A DNA stretch of 64,000 nt. Origin: Methanobacteriota archaeon. GTDB lineage: Archaea > Thermoplasmatota > Poseidoniia > Poseidoniales > Poseidoniaceae. Positions 1-9,178 of the stretch are shown here, in pieces (within the stretch, counting starts at the first letter, position 1; every line of letters begins with the position of its first letter). The stretch lies in contig PSPT01000017.1 of the NCBI GenBank assembly GCA_004195635.1, positions 15,909 to 79,908 on the forward strand. Direction: 5' to 3'. The translations under genes were made by a program, and so were the position numbers. The notes under the pieces are model-generated. The model was not told the origin of the DNA and did no database searches. It was given only the letters and a program-made list of their open reading frames with translations.

Positions 1-287
1 AGTTAGAATTACTATCTAATTAGCAAGTTTTGGTTTTGGTTCGGTAATGTGATTTGCATGAACTTCGCAATTTATCATGCAAAAAGGGGTGTTAAATGAG
101 AGTGAATTATCATATTAGAAAAGTATTTTTTCAATTGAATAATTCACTTAGGTATATACGGTTGCTATTGAAAAGTTCTGCTCTCAATTGATCCAAATTA
201 TTATTTCAAATAATATTTCTAAAAAGGTTATTGCTAATTTGTGATTCTGCCGATGGCATAAAACCGTTTAGACGCCCCGCCCTAAAC

Positions 288-1301
288 ATGCCCGGTGTGT
301 TGGATGTGCCATCTTGCGATGCTTGCGGGCATGATGCAATATTGCATCAAATATACTCAGGGAGAACCTTATGTGGGGAGCATTTAGCCAAATCTGTTCG
401 TAAACGGGTAAGTAAGAGTCTAAGAAAACAACTCGAACTTCCCCGTCAAAAGAAGGAGGATGAAAAAACAACAATATTGGTTGCAATAAGTGGAGGGAAG
501 GACTCTGCAGTTCTTCTTTCATTTATCCATCACTTATTACATAAGAGAAGAGATGTAGTTATTGTCGCAGGAGTTGTTGATGAGGGTATCGATGGTTATC
601 GAAGCCCGAGTATGGATTGCGCTCAGGAATTATGTGATGAGTTAGGAGTAAAACTCGAAAGGGTGTCTTATTCAGAACTCGGTTTTGAGGAAATGGATGT
701 TGTTGTTGAACATCTCCCCAACATACAATCTCGCAATTCTATTGCAAAGGGGATGGCTCCTTGTTCCTTTTGTGGTGTATTTCGCCGCCAAGGAATTATA
801 CATTTGGCAAAGAGAGTTAATGCAAGTGTGGTTGCACTGGGACATAACCTCGATGATATGGCACAAAGTGTATTGATGAATATGCAAAAAGCAGATTTGG
901 ACAGAACTCTAAGGTTGGCCCCCCACACAAGCACTCCTCTTGCGGGAATGACTCCAAGAATAGTCCCCTTGCGTTGGGTTCCTGAGCGTGAAATACACGC
1001 TTATGCGATGTACAAAAACCTCCCCTTTTTCCATGGAGATTGTCCGTATGCCAAAGGTGCATTACGTCAACGTCATCGTGATTTTGTTGCAAGTATGGAA
1101 GAAGATGTCCCTGGCTCAATGCATGGTTTACTTCATTCAGCAGATCGCATAAAAGAATTATATGCGCAAATTCCAAATGAGAACGTTACCGGCATTTCGC
1201 CTATTCGTGAATGTATTCGCTGTGGAAGTATCACCAGTGCGGAAGTATGCAAGGCCTGTGAAATGATGGATTGGGTAAGGGATTCTACGAATCCTCAATA
1301 A
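288..1301 (+). CDS. PP-loop ATPase, tRNA 2-thiolation enzyme (TtuA/NcsA-Ncs6 family)
   Basis: SGGKDS PP-loop, GHNLDD and PCSFCGVFRR motifs. N-terminal CxxC..CxxH and C-terminal CxxC..CxxC zinc fingers. The ORF track starts at TTG 231; the first ATG at 288 (MPGVLDVPSCDACG) is the likelier start. Confidence 0.8.
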   Translation: MPGVLDVPSCDACGHDAILHQIYSGRTLCGEHLAKSVRKRVSKSLRKQLELPRQKKEDEKTTILVAISGGKDSAVLLSFIHHLLHKRRDVVIVAGVVDEGIDGYRSPSMDCAQELCDELGVKLERVSYSELGFEEMDVVVEHLPNIQSRNSIAKGMAPCSFCGVFRRQGIIHLAKRVNASVVALGHNLDDMAQSVLMNMQKADLDRTLRLAPHTSTPLAGMTPRIVPLRWVPEREIHAYAMYKNLPFFHGDCPYAKGALRQRHRDFVASMEEDVPGSMHGLLHSADRIKELYAQIPNENVTGISPIRECIRCGSITSAEVCKACEMMDWVRDSTNPQ

Positions 1302-1311
1302 CCAATAATTA

Positions 1312-1788
1312 TTACAAGAGATTATCAATTATTGCTTCCATATCTTGGCTTCTTCCACAATAATGACACCTTAGTTCAAGAGGCTCAATTGAATGTACTT
1401 TCAATCTATGGGGTAGTGGTTCACGGTCACCCCATGTGGCACAGTTGCTGAAGCAACAACGAGCGACACCGGTGATTTCTAAACCTAAATTCACAACTAA
1501 TTTCTCTGCAACGGAATAGGCGCGAATAATTGAAACGCTTGCTTCAGGTGCTACGAGTGCGACCCTATCTAATTCAGATTGAGTGATTTCTCTATCTTCA
1601 ATCTTTACTACATCCTTTCCACCCATTTTCTTACTTGGGACATTCATGGCTAGTGTAATTGGCGTTGAACGGCGCCCATCTATTCCGAGCATTTTCAATA
1701 CGGTGATTGCACAACCTGCGGGAATATGGTCAATCACGGTACCATTATTGATTGCAGTAACACGGCGCATGTGAGATTCTGTGGACAT
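1312..1788 (-). CDS. pyrI: aspartate carbamoyltransferase regulatory subunit
   Basis: About 158 aa with a VIDHIP motif and C-terminal Cys pairs (zinc domain). The ATG overlaps the pyrB stop (TAATG), the typical pyrBI arrangement. Confidence 0.9.
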   Translation of the reverse strand: MSTESHMRRVTAINNGTVIDHIPAGCAITVLKMLGIDGRRSTPITLAMNVPSKKMGGKDVVKIEDREITQSELDRVALVAPEASVSIIRAYSVAEKLVVNLGLEITGVARCCFSNCATWGDREPLPHRLKVHSIEPLELRCHYCGRSQDMEAIIDNLL

Positions 1789-2738
1789 TAATTTTCACCC
1801 CCATTTGAAGAAATAATTGCAGGCACTTCTACATTTAGTAATCTGCATAATAGCGACATTCTTGCAACAACACCATTGAAAGCTTGTTCAAAGTAGCGTG
1901 CATGTTTTGTATTATCTACATCTGGGCTAATTTCATTAACTCGAGGCAATGGATGCATTACAATCATTCCACCTTTTGCTGGACTTAAGTCTGCAGCACA
2001 TAATTTGAAAATACCAGCAACTCTAGCATATTCATCTTCATCAGGGAATCTTTCTTTTTGAATTCTAGTCATGTAAATTACATCAGCTGAAGGAATAACT
2101 GACCTGAGGTTTTCGGTTTCGGTAATATCTGCTCCATGCTTTTTCAAATCAGAAATAATCTCGTCAGGCATGGATAGGCTTTCCGGACTAACAAACGTGA
2201 GGGTGCAACCAAACCTGACAAGTGCATGTGACAAGGAATGGACGGTACGGCCAAATCTAAGGTCGCCAACTAAAGCAACATTTAGCCCTTCTAGAGTTCC
2301 ATGGGCTTGGCGAATGGTGAATAAATCCAACATGGTTTGAGTTGGGTGGTGGCCAGCCCCATCGCCTCCATTCAAAATTGGGACTCTTGCGGAATCACTT
2401 GCATATTGTGCTGCCCCTTGGCGAGGGTGGCGCATGGCAATTATATCGGTATAGCCATCAACCATTTGGATCATATCAAATAGAGTCTCGCCTTTGACAA
2501 CTGAAGATGTTTTTACATCGCCTAAATTTACAACTTCACCACCAAGTCTCTTCATTGCAGTTTCAAAAGACATCCTTGTACGCGTCGATGGCTCAAAAAA
2601 TAAATTCCCCAATATTTTTCCTTCTAAAAGGGGAAGGTGAGTCTCACCACGCGCAACAGGTAATAGTCGTTCGGCATTATCTAATACCTCAATAATCTCC
2701 TCATTAGTTAGGTCGTCCATCGTGATTAGGCTGGCCAT
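1788..2738 (-). CDS. pyrB: aspartate carbamoyltransferase catalytic subunit
   Basis: STRTR carbamoyl-phosphate motif, HPTQ and HPLPR motifs; 316 aa. Confidence 0.95.
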   Translation of the reverse strand: MASLITMDDLTNEEIIEVLDNAERLLPVARGETHLPLLEGKILGNLFFEPSTRTRMSFETAMKRLGGEVVNLGDVKTSSVVKGETLFDMIQMVDGYTDIIAMRHPRQGAAQYASDSARVPILNGGDGAGHHPTQTMLDLFTIRQAHGTLEGLNVALVGDLRFGRTVHSLSHALVRFGCTLTFVSPESLSMPDEIISDLKKHGADITETENLRSVIPSADVIYMTRIQKERFPDEDEYARVAGIFKLCAADLSPAKGGMIVMHPLPRVNEISPDVDNTKHARYFEQAFNGVVARMSLLCRLLNVEVPAIISSNGGEN

Positions 2739-2845
2739 AATAACTCCTCCTAATGTAATACATGAGCAATTATCCCATTAACTTAACTACATGCGAAAAG
2801 TGAAAAATAATCGTCAAAGAATTTTCAATTAGTGAAGTAGAGGGG

Positions 2846-5386
2846 TTATTTGATGAGTTGAGAGACAATATTGTGATTTGGGTTTAAGTCAGCAGGCCAG
2901 CCTAAATCAACCGGCATATTATCAATTGTTGTAAGCAATCCTGAAAGAAGTAAATGGTTTGCAAAAGGTTGTTTTTTAGGCAGACCTGCTTTTTTCGTCC
3001 ACCGCCGAAGCGACATATTTGCAGGGTGAAAACCGCTCTCGGTTGCAACTTTCAATAATGACCATCCGTTTGAATCCCAGGTGTGAGTTGCTCGACGATG
3101 GTCTTTACAATTAATTGGAATTGGTTGAGTCTTGTGTCGACTAATCCATTCACTTGCTAGTTTTTCTTGGCCTTGCTGAGGTGATTTCCAATCAAAAAGT
3201 GATGCGGAAGATGAAGGAGGGTTTGGTAGGTAGCCCCGGGTGTGCATTTGATGAACTAATTCACGAACAGCAGGGTCATTTTTATCCATTTTTGAAGCAT
3301 CAGTACATTGCTTTGCAGCCGAAAGAGTAAGGTCTTTGTCTAAAAGTAAGAGTGCTTTTGCAACTTTACCCATGACCCAATCATCAGCCTCGTGCTTGTG
3401 AATCCACCATTCTAATTTATTGAGTGCTTCTGAAGATTCCCCCATAATTCGCATACGTGCAACATCTCCAAGCAGTAGTTTTTTCCCAAGTGGGTCATTT
3501 GAATGAATTTTTTCACTCCATGGCTTAAGTTCATTCCAGCGCCTAAGGAGGTCGCGGTTTATTCTTACACTCGGTGAGAGGGAGGCATTAGCGGCGTGCA
3601 TCATATCAAAGTGAATTTCTTCGGGTGATAATACAGTGGCAATCCACCTTAGTGCTACGCCTTCATAACCAATCGTAGGCAGGCGGTCAAGACGTGGGTT
3701 TACTTCGGGGTAATCTCTTTGGGCGAGGGATGCGGCAACTAATATCATCTGAGCCTTAGGGGCATCCTCGCCCCCCCGAAGGGCAAGAAGTGACAATGCT
3801 TGCTCTTCTGCTTCATCCCAATCTCCACTTGCCGCGTTTAGGATCATTCCAGCATGAGTCCTTCTAACGAATTCCATTCCTTTGGGGTCTATTGCCATTA
3901 ACTCATATCTACTAATTGCTTTACTCCAATTACCTTCTGATATTAATTCAGTAAATGGTTTTTGTTTGAGGAATAAATTATCCTCATAGCTCCGCATTTT
4001 TGCACGCTTTTGTCCACGTGCAGCATCCAATATTATTTCATCCAATTTATGCCTCTCAATCCAAGATGGAATCCAAACAAATAAGAATGCAATTTGCCCA
4101 CCTGCGGCCAACATCCAAGTCAACCGTTCCAGCGTTTCCTTTTCAAAGACCCCACAAACACTGTCCTGCCAATTGCCACACTGTTCTCCTTGAGGGAGGA
4201 ATGTAGAATCCCAGAAGGTAATCAATGCCAGCATCAATAGCAGCATTGACTGTCCAGCAAAAGCGGAAAAACAGAAATTTAGAACTTTTGCTTGCTCAGG
4301 CCTGTCTGCCCTTAACAAGCGGGGGTCGGCAATTCTTATTCCTCCCTTGCCAGCAATATCGCCAAGCCCCAAAAATAATATTCTCGCAACTTCATATACG
4401 AAAGCAATCCCAACAATTGCCACATTAAGTAAAAGGAATAGTAATACTGCAGTGACTAGGGGTATTCGAATACCCGATTCGGAAATATTGGAAAATAATT
4501 CAATCGCATAAAAACCAAGAAATCCCCCTTCTTCCATTACGGAAGTTTGGAGGGTATATTCGGGTAATTTGAGGACTTTGTCGGAGTGAACGAATGTCTC
4601 CGGAGAGAAAGTAAGTAATATTATTGAAATCAATGAATTTAGTGCGGTAAATGGCATTGCAACTGCAGTAACATAAACCATCAAGGATAATGTTTGGCGA
4701 CGAATGGAAGGTTTTTTTGGATGAAGGTCGGATGGTTTACCTTGAGATAGTAGTTTGTTTGAACGTATCAACGGGAGCCACGAAGAACCCATGACGCGCC
4801 CATAGGCAATAACTGCAGGCAGGAAAATCAAAAATAATGCCAAAGCGCGCCGCTCACTCAAATCTGTACTTCCTACTGCCAATATTTGGTAAAGCAAAAT
4901 AATGATAGAAATCCACAATGCCCCAAGGAAAATGTACATGGCGTTCCTCGATATTGATGAATCTTGCAAAGTTGCTTTCTTTTCACCTGGCTGCGATAAT
5001 AATTGTGTCCCTAAACTAACAACTGTAGATGCGAGTGCTGGGCCTATGACCATGACCAATCCAAGTGCAACATTTATGGGTGAATAATTATCTTTCAGTC
5101 CAAATATAGCAAATGCCCAATCAAAAACCAGCAATAAAATACCCGTTAGGGCACTAATATAATTCACTACGCCAAAGCGCATCCTCTTGTCTGCAAGCAA
5201 TTCTCTTGCGGAATCTACAGTTTCAGTTACCGTATGCACTTCATAGTGGTTATTCATCCGCTGGAAGGCGACCTGCAGACCTTTTAAATTCCGTGGGACA
5301 AGCCACTTCCACATAAATGCAGCAACTAAAGACGCTATGAAAAGGGGCGCCAAGTCTATCGATTGGAAGCCGTTGGCCATCTCCAT
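2846..5386 (-). CDS. large polytopic membrane protein with helical (TPR-like) C-terminal half, function unknown
   Basis: 846 aa ORF with an ATG start. There are about 10 hydrophobic segments in the first ~430 aa. The C-terminal half is soluble and helix-rich. No catalytic motif recognised. Confidence 0.6.
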   Translation of the reverse strand: MEMANGFQSIDLAPLFIASLVAAFMWKWLVPRNLKGLQVAFQRMNNHYEVHTVTETVDSARELLADKRMRFGVVNYISALTGILLLVFDWAFAIFGLKDNYSPINVALGLVMVIGPALASTVVSLGTQLLSQPGEKKATLQDSSISRNAMYIFLGALWISIIILLYQILAVGSTDLSERRALALFLIFLPAVIAYGRVMGSSWLPLIRSNKLLSQGKPSDLHPKKPSIRRQTLSLMVYVTAVAMPFTALNSLISIILLTFSPETFVHSDKVLKLPEYTLQTSVMEEGGFLGFYAIELFSNISESGIRIPLVTAVLLFLLLNVAIVGIAFVYEVARILFLGLGDIAGKGGIRIADPRLLRADRPEQAKVLNFCFSAFAGQSMLLLMLALITFWDSTFLPQGEQCGNWQDSVCGVFEKETLERLTWMLAAGGQIAFLFVWIPSWIERHKLDEIILDAARGQKRAKMRSYEDNLFLKQKPFTELISEGNWSKAISRYELMAIDPKGMEFVRRTHAGMILNAASGDWDEAEEQALSLLALRGGEDAPKAQMILVAASLAQRDYPEVNPRLDRLPTIGYEGVALRWIATVLSPEEIHFDMMHAANASLSPSVRINRDLLRRWNELKPWSEKIHSNDPLGKKLLLGDVARMRIMGESSEALNKLEWWIHKHEADDWVMGKVAKALLLLDKDLTLSAAKQCTDASKMDKNDPAVRELVHQMHTRGYLPNPPSSSASLFDWKSPQQGQEKLASEWISRHKTQPIPINCKDHRRATHTWDSNGWSLLKVATESGFHPANMSLRRWTKKAGLPKKQPFANHLLLSGLLTTIDNMPVDLGWPADLNPNHNIVSQLIK

Positions 5387-5512
5387 ACTTTCACCCCCTA
5401 TGGAGGCGGCTATGCATTATTCATTCTAAACCCAGCGGCGAATGGCCCCTCTCTCTATCAATCAATTCCATGTATCTCAATCATCAATGCTGAGGAGATT
5501 GCAATTGTTTGG

Positions 5513-6250
5513 TCATAGATCGCCCTCTACCCGTGGGGCAAGGAAGTATGTGACGCTACCTGCGCCATCAGCAAATTCAAATTCAATCTTTAGGGGCTTA
5601 TTTTCATCAAATCGTAGGCGAACGGAATCTACATTTGCCATTATTCTTGCGATTGGAAGGAGGTAGGTTAGACTAAATTGGGAACGGACGGGGCTTGCAC
5701 ATTCAATGCTATTTACTTCATCAGAATTGTATGATACATTGACACTGTCGGTATCGCCTGAAACATGTACAGTGAATAGATTTTCTTCAAGAGACAAATT
5801 GACTAAATCACCGACTTGGCGAGCAGCACGAAGTGCTTGGGAAAGGTCGTTACCTTTCAGGTCAACCATGGCATTAAGCGGCAGGTCTGGGACATTTGGA
5901 GGAGATAAATTGGCAGGGTCAAGTGGGCGAATGACACGGTCAATCTTGCCGAGGTTAATATTCACCTGACCATTTTTATCATAATCCATTTCAACCATCT
6001 CGCCCGATGCCGCAAGGCTAAGTAAGTCTTTCATTTTTGGCAGGTCAAAGCCGAGTGATGAATTCTCAACTTCATATCTTTCAAAAGCAGCAGCATCTAC
6101 ATTCATTTCAATCATTGCAACATGTGATGGATCAACAACGCGGATGTTTAATGCGTCTTCGTTGAAGTCAAATCTTGCTTCTTCAACTACTACGTTTAGT
6201 GTGTCAATTATGGTTCTCATCAAGTCGGAACGTGCGGTGATATTGAGCAT
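5513..6250 (-). CDS. pcn: DNA polymerase sliding clamp PCNA
   Basis: 245 aa with an archaeal PCNA-like N-terminus (ARSDLMRTIIDTLNVVVEEARFDFNEDALNIRVVDPSHVAMIEM) and a two-domain repeat pattern. Confidence 0.9.
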   Translation of the reverse strand: MLNITARSDLMRTIIDTLNVVVEEARFDFNEDALNIRVVDPSHVAMIEMNVDAAAFERYEVENSSLGFDLPKMKDLLSLAASGEMVEMDYDKNGQVNINLGKIDRVIRPLDPANLSPPNVPDLPLNAMVDLKGNDLSQALRAARQVGDLVNLSLEENLFTVHVSGDTDSVNVSYNSDEVNSIECASPVRSQFSLTYLLPIARIMANVDSVRLRFDENKPLKIEFEFADGAGSVTYFLAPRVEGDL

Positions 6251-6660
6251 ATTAGCATCCCTCAGTCACACGGCTCTCAATGAAGGCTCTTATATGATGT
6301 GGATTGAAAAACATGATGAATTGTGTCTGGATGGCGTAGTTTTTTTTCCAACTAGATCGTTTTTTCACTTCAAACATATTAACATCTATCTCTCGACTCT
6401 TAATTAAGAGTGAAATTGTTTAACGAAATGATTTCGTGGAGTAGGGCCTCAGTGCGGCATTTTTCACATATGTGCGAAAATCATTTTTCTACAATAGCGC
6501 AATAGTTTAGACTATTTCTTTCAGGCAGGCTCATCATTATTATTTAAAAAAATGCGTTATCCTTTGGCAATAATTATTTTCAATGCGATTATAATGACGC
6601 CCACGCCGAGGGGCATATTTTTACTAAATAATTGAATTTATGCGATAAGTCAATAATTGA

Positions 6661-8010
6661 ATGCCAGTTGAAGCAAACAAGGGACGGGCGATAATTGTGG
6701 AAATTGGAGAAATAATTGATTGGTTTTTTGGACTTTCAAATCTTCAGCAAGGAATAATATCCTTGATTCTAACCGTGATAATTGCATTTATTGTAAAAAG
6801 ATTAGTTTGGTTGCCACTAGATCGTTTTGCTGACCAAACAGAGTCTGAAGTAGATGATGAAGTAATCGATTCTATTGGCAGCATGACATTTACTGCAGTA
6901 ATTATTGTGGGCATGGTAGTTTCGTTAAACTTTGCATTGAAAGATAATGATGTGATTAGTATTGGCAACAATATTTTATTAATATTTCTCGTTTTGTTTT
7001 TCGCTCGCCAATTCTCGAAATTGACAAGCCTCCTTGCTCCAATATTTTTCTCACAAGCCTCCAAAAAAATTGGAGTTGACCTTGAGGGTGCACAATCCAC
7101 TTCAACAATATTATTGAAAGTAATCATTTGGGCAACTTGTATTTTTCTGTGTTTGGAAATATTTGGGGTGGATATTACCGCGCTACTCGCCTCAATGACA
7201 ATTATTTCCCTTGTTATTGGTATGGCATTACAAGATTCTGCAACGAAAATGATTACCAGTGCTCAACTATTGATTGACCAGCCTTTCAAAGTGGGTGATA
7301 AAATTGAAGTATTGGGTTATACGGGAATAGTAAAGGGCATTGGAATGATGTCTACTAAAATGCAAACTCATAATGGATTGATGGTAATTCTACCTAACCA
7401 AAACATTGCAACTTCGACTATTATTAATTATGCCAAAGGAGGTACTGATGATGCCCCTCGCCGTGTGAACCTTAGAGTTGAAATTGGAGTTGGATATTCA
7501 GAGAACCCTTCGCATGTTAAGCAGGTGATGAAGCGTATTTCTTCTGAATGCCCTTTCATTTCAAAGTCAATTTCTGATGTAAATGTGGCAATAACCTTGC
7601 TTGATGGATCTTCGGTAAATTACCGAATTAGTATGTGGATTGATGATTATGAGGACGAGTGGATTACAAGAGATTGGCTTTTCCATCGCATCTTAACAAC
7701 CTTTGAAGAAGAGAATATTGAGATTCCATTCCCACATCTAAGTGTAATTACTGAAAAGAACTCAGCCCTATCTGTGGCCTCGAAGAAGAAAAAGGATGCA
7801 AGGATTCATGCTGCTCGCCTCAAAGAGGCTACTGAAGTCAAAGACTATTTCTTGCATCGCGAAGAAATGAGGCAAAGGCAAAATGAAATCAATTCAATGC
7901 TCAATTCTAATGATGATGAGCAAGACTCACTATCCAAAGAAGAAATAGAATTATTGCGCAATGAATTATTGGAAATTGATAATTATCTTGCCCATGGCGA
8001 TGATAACTGA
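6661..8010 (+). CDS. mechanosensitive ion channel, MscS family
   Basis: N-terminal TM helices followed by the MscS beta-domain signature QPFKVGDKIEV..G.V..I....T......G..V.LPN. Charged coiled-coil C-terminal extension. Confidence 0.85.
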   Translation: MPVEANKGRAIIVEIGEIIDWFFGLSNLQQGIISLILTVIIAFIVKRLVWLPLDRFADQTESEVDDEVIDSIGSMTFTAVIIVGMVVSLNFALKDNDVISIGNNILLIFLVLFFARQFSKLTSLLAPIFFSQASKKIGVDLEGAQSTSTILLKVIIWATCIFLCLEIFGVDITALLASMTIISLVIGMALQDSATKMITSAQLLIDQPFKVGDKIEVLGYTGIVKGIGMMSTKMQTHNGLMVILPNQNIATSTIINYAKGGTDDAPRRVNLRVEIGVGYSENPSHVKQVMKRISSECPFISKSISDVNVAITLLDGSSVNYRISMWIDDYEDEWITRDWLFHRILTTFEEENIEIPFPHLSVITEKNSALSVASKKKKDARIHAARLKEATEVKDYFLHREEMRQRQNEINSMLNSNDDEQDSLSKEEIELLRNELLEIDNYLAHGDDN

Positions 8011-8187
8011 AATGACATATTCAAATATTGTTTCTTCTTGAGGCTGAGCAATTCTTCATTTGCATATGCAAAGAATGTAAAATCAATCTTCCACCCCAAG
8101 ATTCTTTCTAAGAAGGCGTTAGTTATCCTTCATTCAACCTATTTTGAGGTAGAAATACATAAGACCACTAAACCCACCCGATGTTTG

Positions 8188-9165
8188 ATGATAATCAGCC
8201 AGACTCCTTTGCGAGTCTCATTTTGTGGCGGGGGGAGTGACCTTCCAGCGTATTATCAAAATTCTATTGGAGGGGGCTGTGTAACTTCCCTGTCTTTGGC
8301 AAAGTACATCCATGTGACCGTCAATAAGCGTTTTGAGAATGATATCCGAGTCTCTTATTCAAAGACCGAAATAGTTGATAATTTTGAGGATTTGGAGCAT
8401 GAATTAGTTCGCGAAGCAATGCGAATGACAGGCGTGATAAGGGCAGTGGAAATAACCACAATTGCAGACATCCCTTCTCGAGGGACAGGGCTTGGATCTT
8501 CAAGTGCGGTAACAGTTGGTTTGCTCTCAGCCTTGTATGCTTATTCGGGACAAGATGTATCGCCTCAAGTAATTGCTGAACAGGCTTGTAAAATAGAAAT
8601 AGATATCCTCGGACAAACTATTGGGCGTCAGGACCAATACGGTTGTGCAATTGGCGGGGTAAATCATATTATTTTCAACCCAGATGATTCTGTTGAGATT
8701 GAACCATTATGCCTTTCTGATGATTTGCTTTCCAAGATGGGTGATGAGTTTTCTTTGCTTTATACTGGTAAAACCCGTTCTGCAACTAAAGTTCTCTCTC
8801 GCCAGTCTGCAAATACTGCGGACAATATGACTTCGTTGAACCGGATGGTTGAGCAAGCAAAGGAAGTTAGAGAACACTTGCTCAAAGGTGATTTTTCGAG
8901 AGTTGGTGAATTGTTACACGAGGGTTGGTTATTGAAGAAAGAGTTGGCGAATGGAATTTCTTTGTCAGAAATTGATGAATTATACTCGACGATTCTTTCT
9001 GCCGGCGCCACCGGTGGTAAATTACTCGGCGCCGGTGGCGGCGGTTTCATTCTATTCCACGGTTCTGCGGAAGTTCGGGCGCGGGTTGCTGAAGCACTTC
9101 CTAGTCATCGACTATTAGCGCTTGAAGTTTCAAAAAACCCAGTTTCCATTATCTTTAGAAATTGA
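8188..9165 (+). CDS. GHMP-family sugar kinase (heptose-7-P kinase/fucokinase-like)
   Basis: N-terminal PLRVSFCGGGSD, GHMP motif 2 PSRGTGLGSSSAV, and C-terminal GKLLGAGGGGF. The ATG at 8188 (MIISQTPLRVSF) is preferred over the TTG/alternative start at 8038. Confidence 0.75.
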   Translation: MIISQTPLRVSFCGGGSDLPAYYQNSIGGGCVTSLSLAKYIHVTVNKRFENDIRVSYSKTEIVDNFEDLEHELVREAMRMTGVIRAVEITTIADIPSRGTGLGSSSAVTVGLLSALYAYSGQDVSPQVIAEQACKIEIDILGQTIGRQDQYGCAIGGVNHIIFNPDDSVEIEPLCLSDDLLSKMGDEFSLLYTGKTRSATKVLSRQSANTADNMTSLNRMVEQAKEVREHLLKGDFSRVGELLHEGWLLKKELANGISLSEIDELYSTILSAGATGGKLLGAGGGGFILFHGSAEVRARVAEALPSHRLLALEVSKNPVSIIFRN

Positions 9166-9178
9166 GAGGTGAGGTAAG

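Noticed and set aside
1-60. TTTTGGTTTTGGTT near the window start resembles the reverse complement of the AACCAAAGCCA repeats at 63920-63952, suggesting terminal inverted repeats or circularity
   Set aside because: The similarity is limited to a short low-complexity A/C-rich motif. There are no extended matching flanks and no transposase or integrase.
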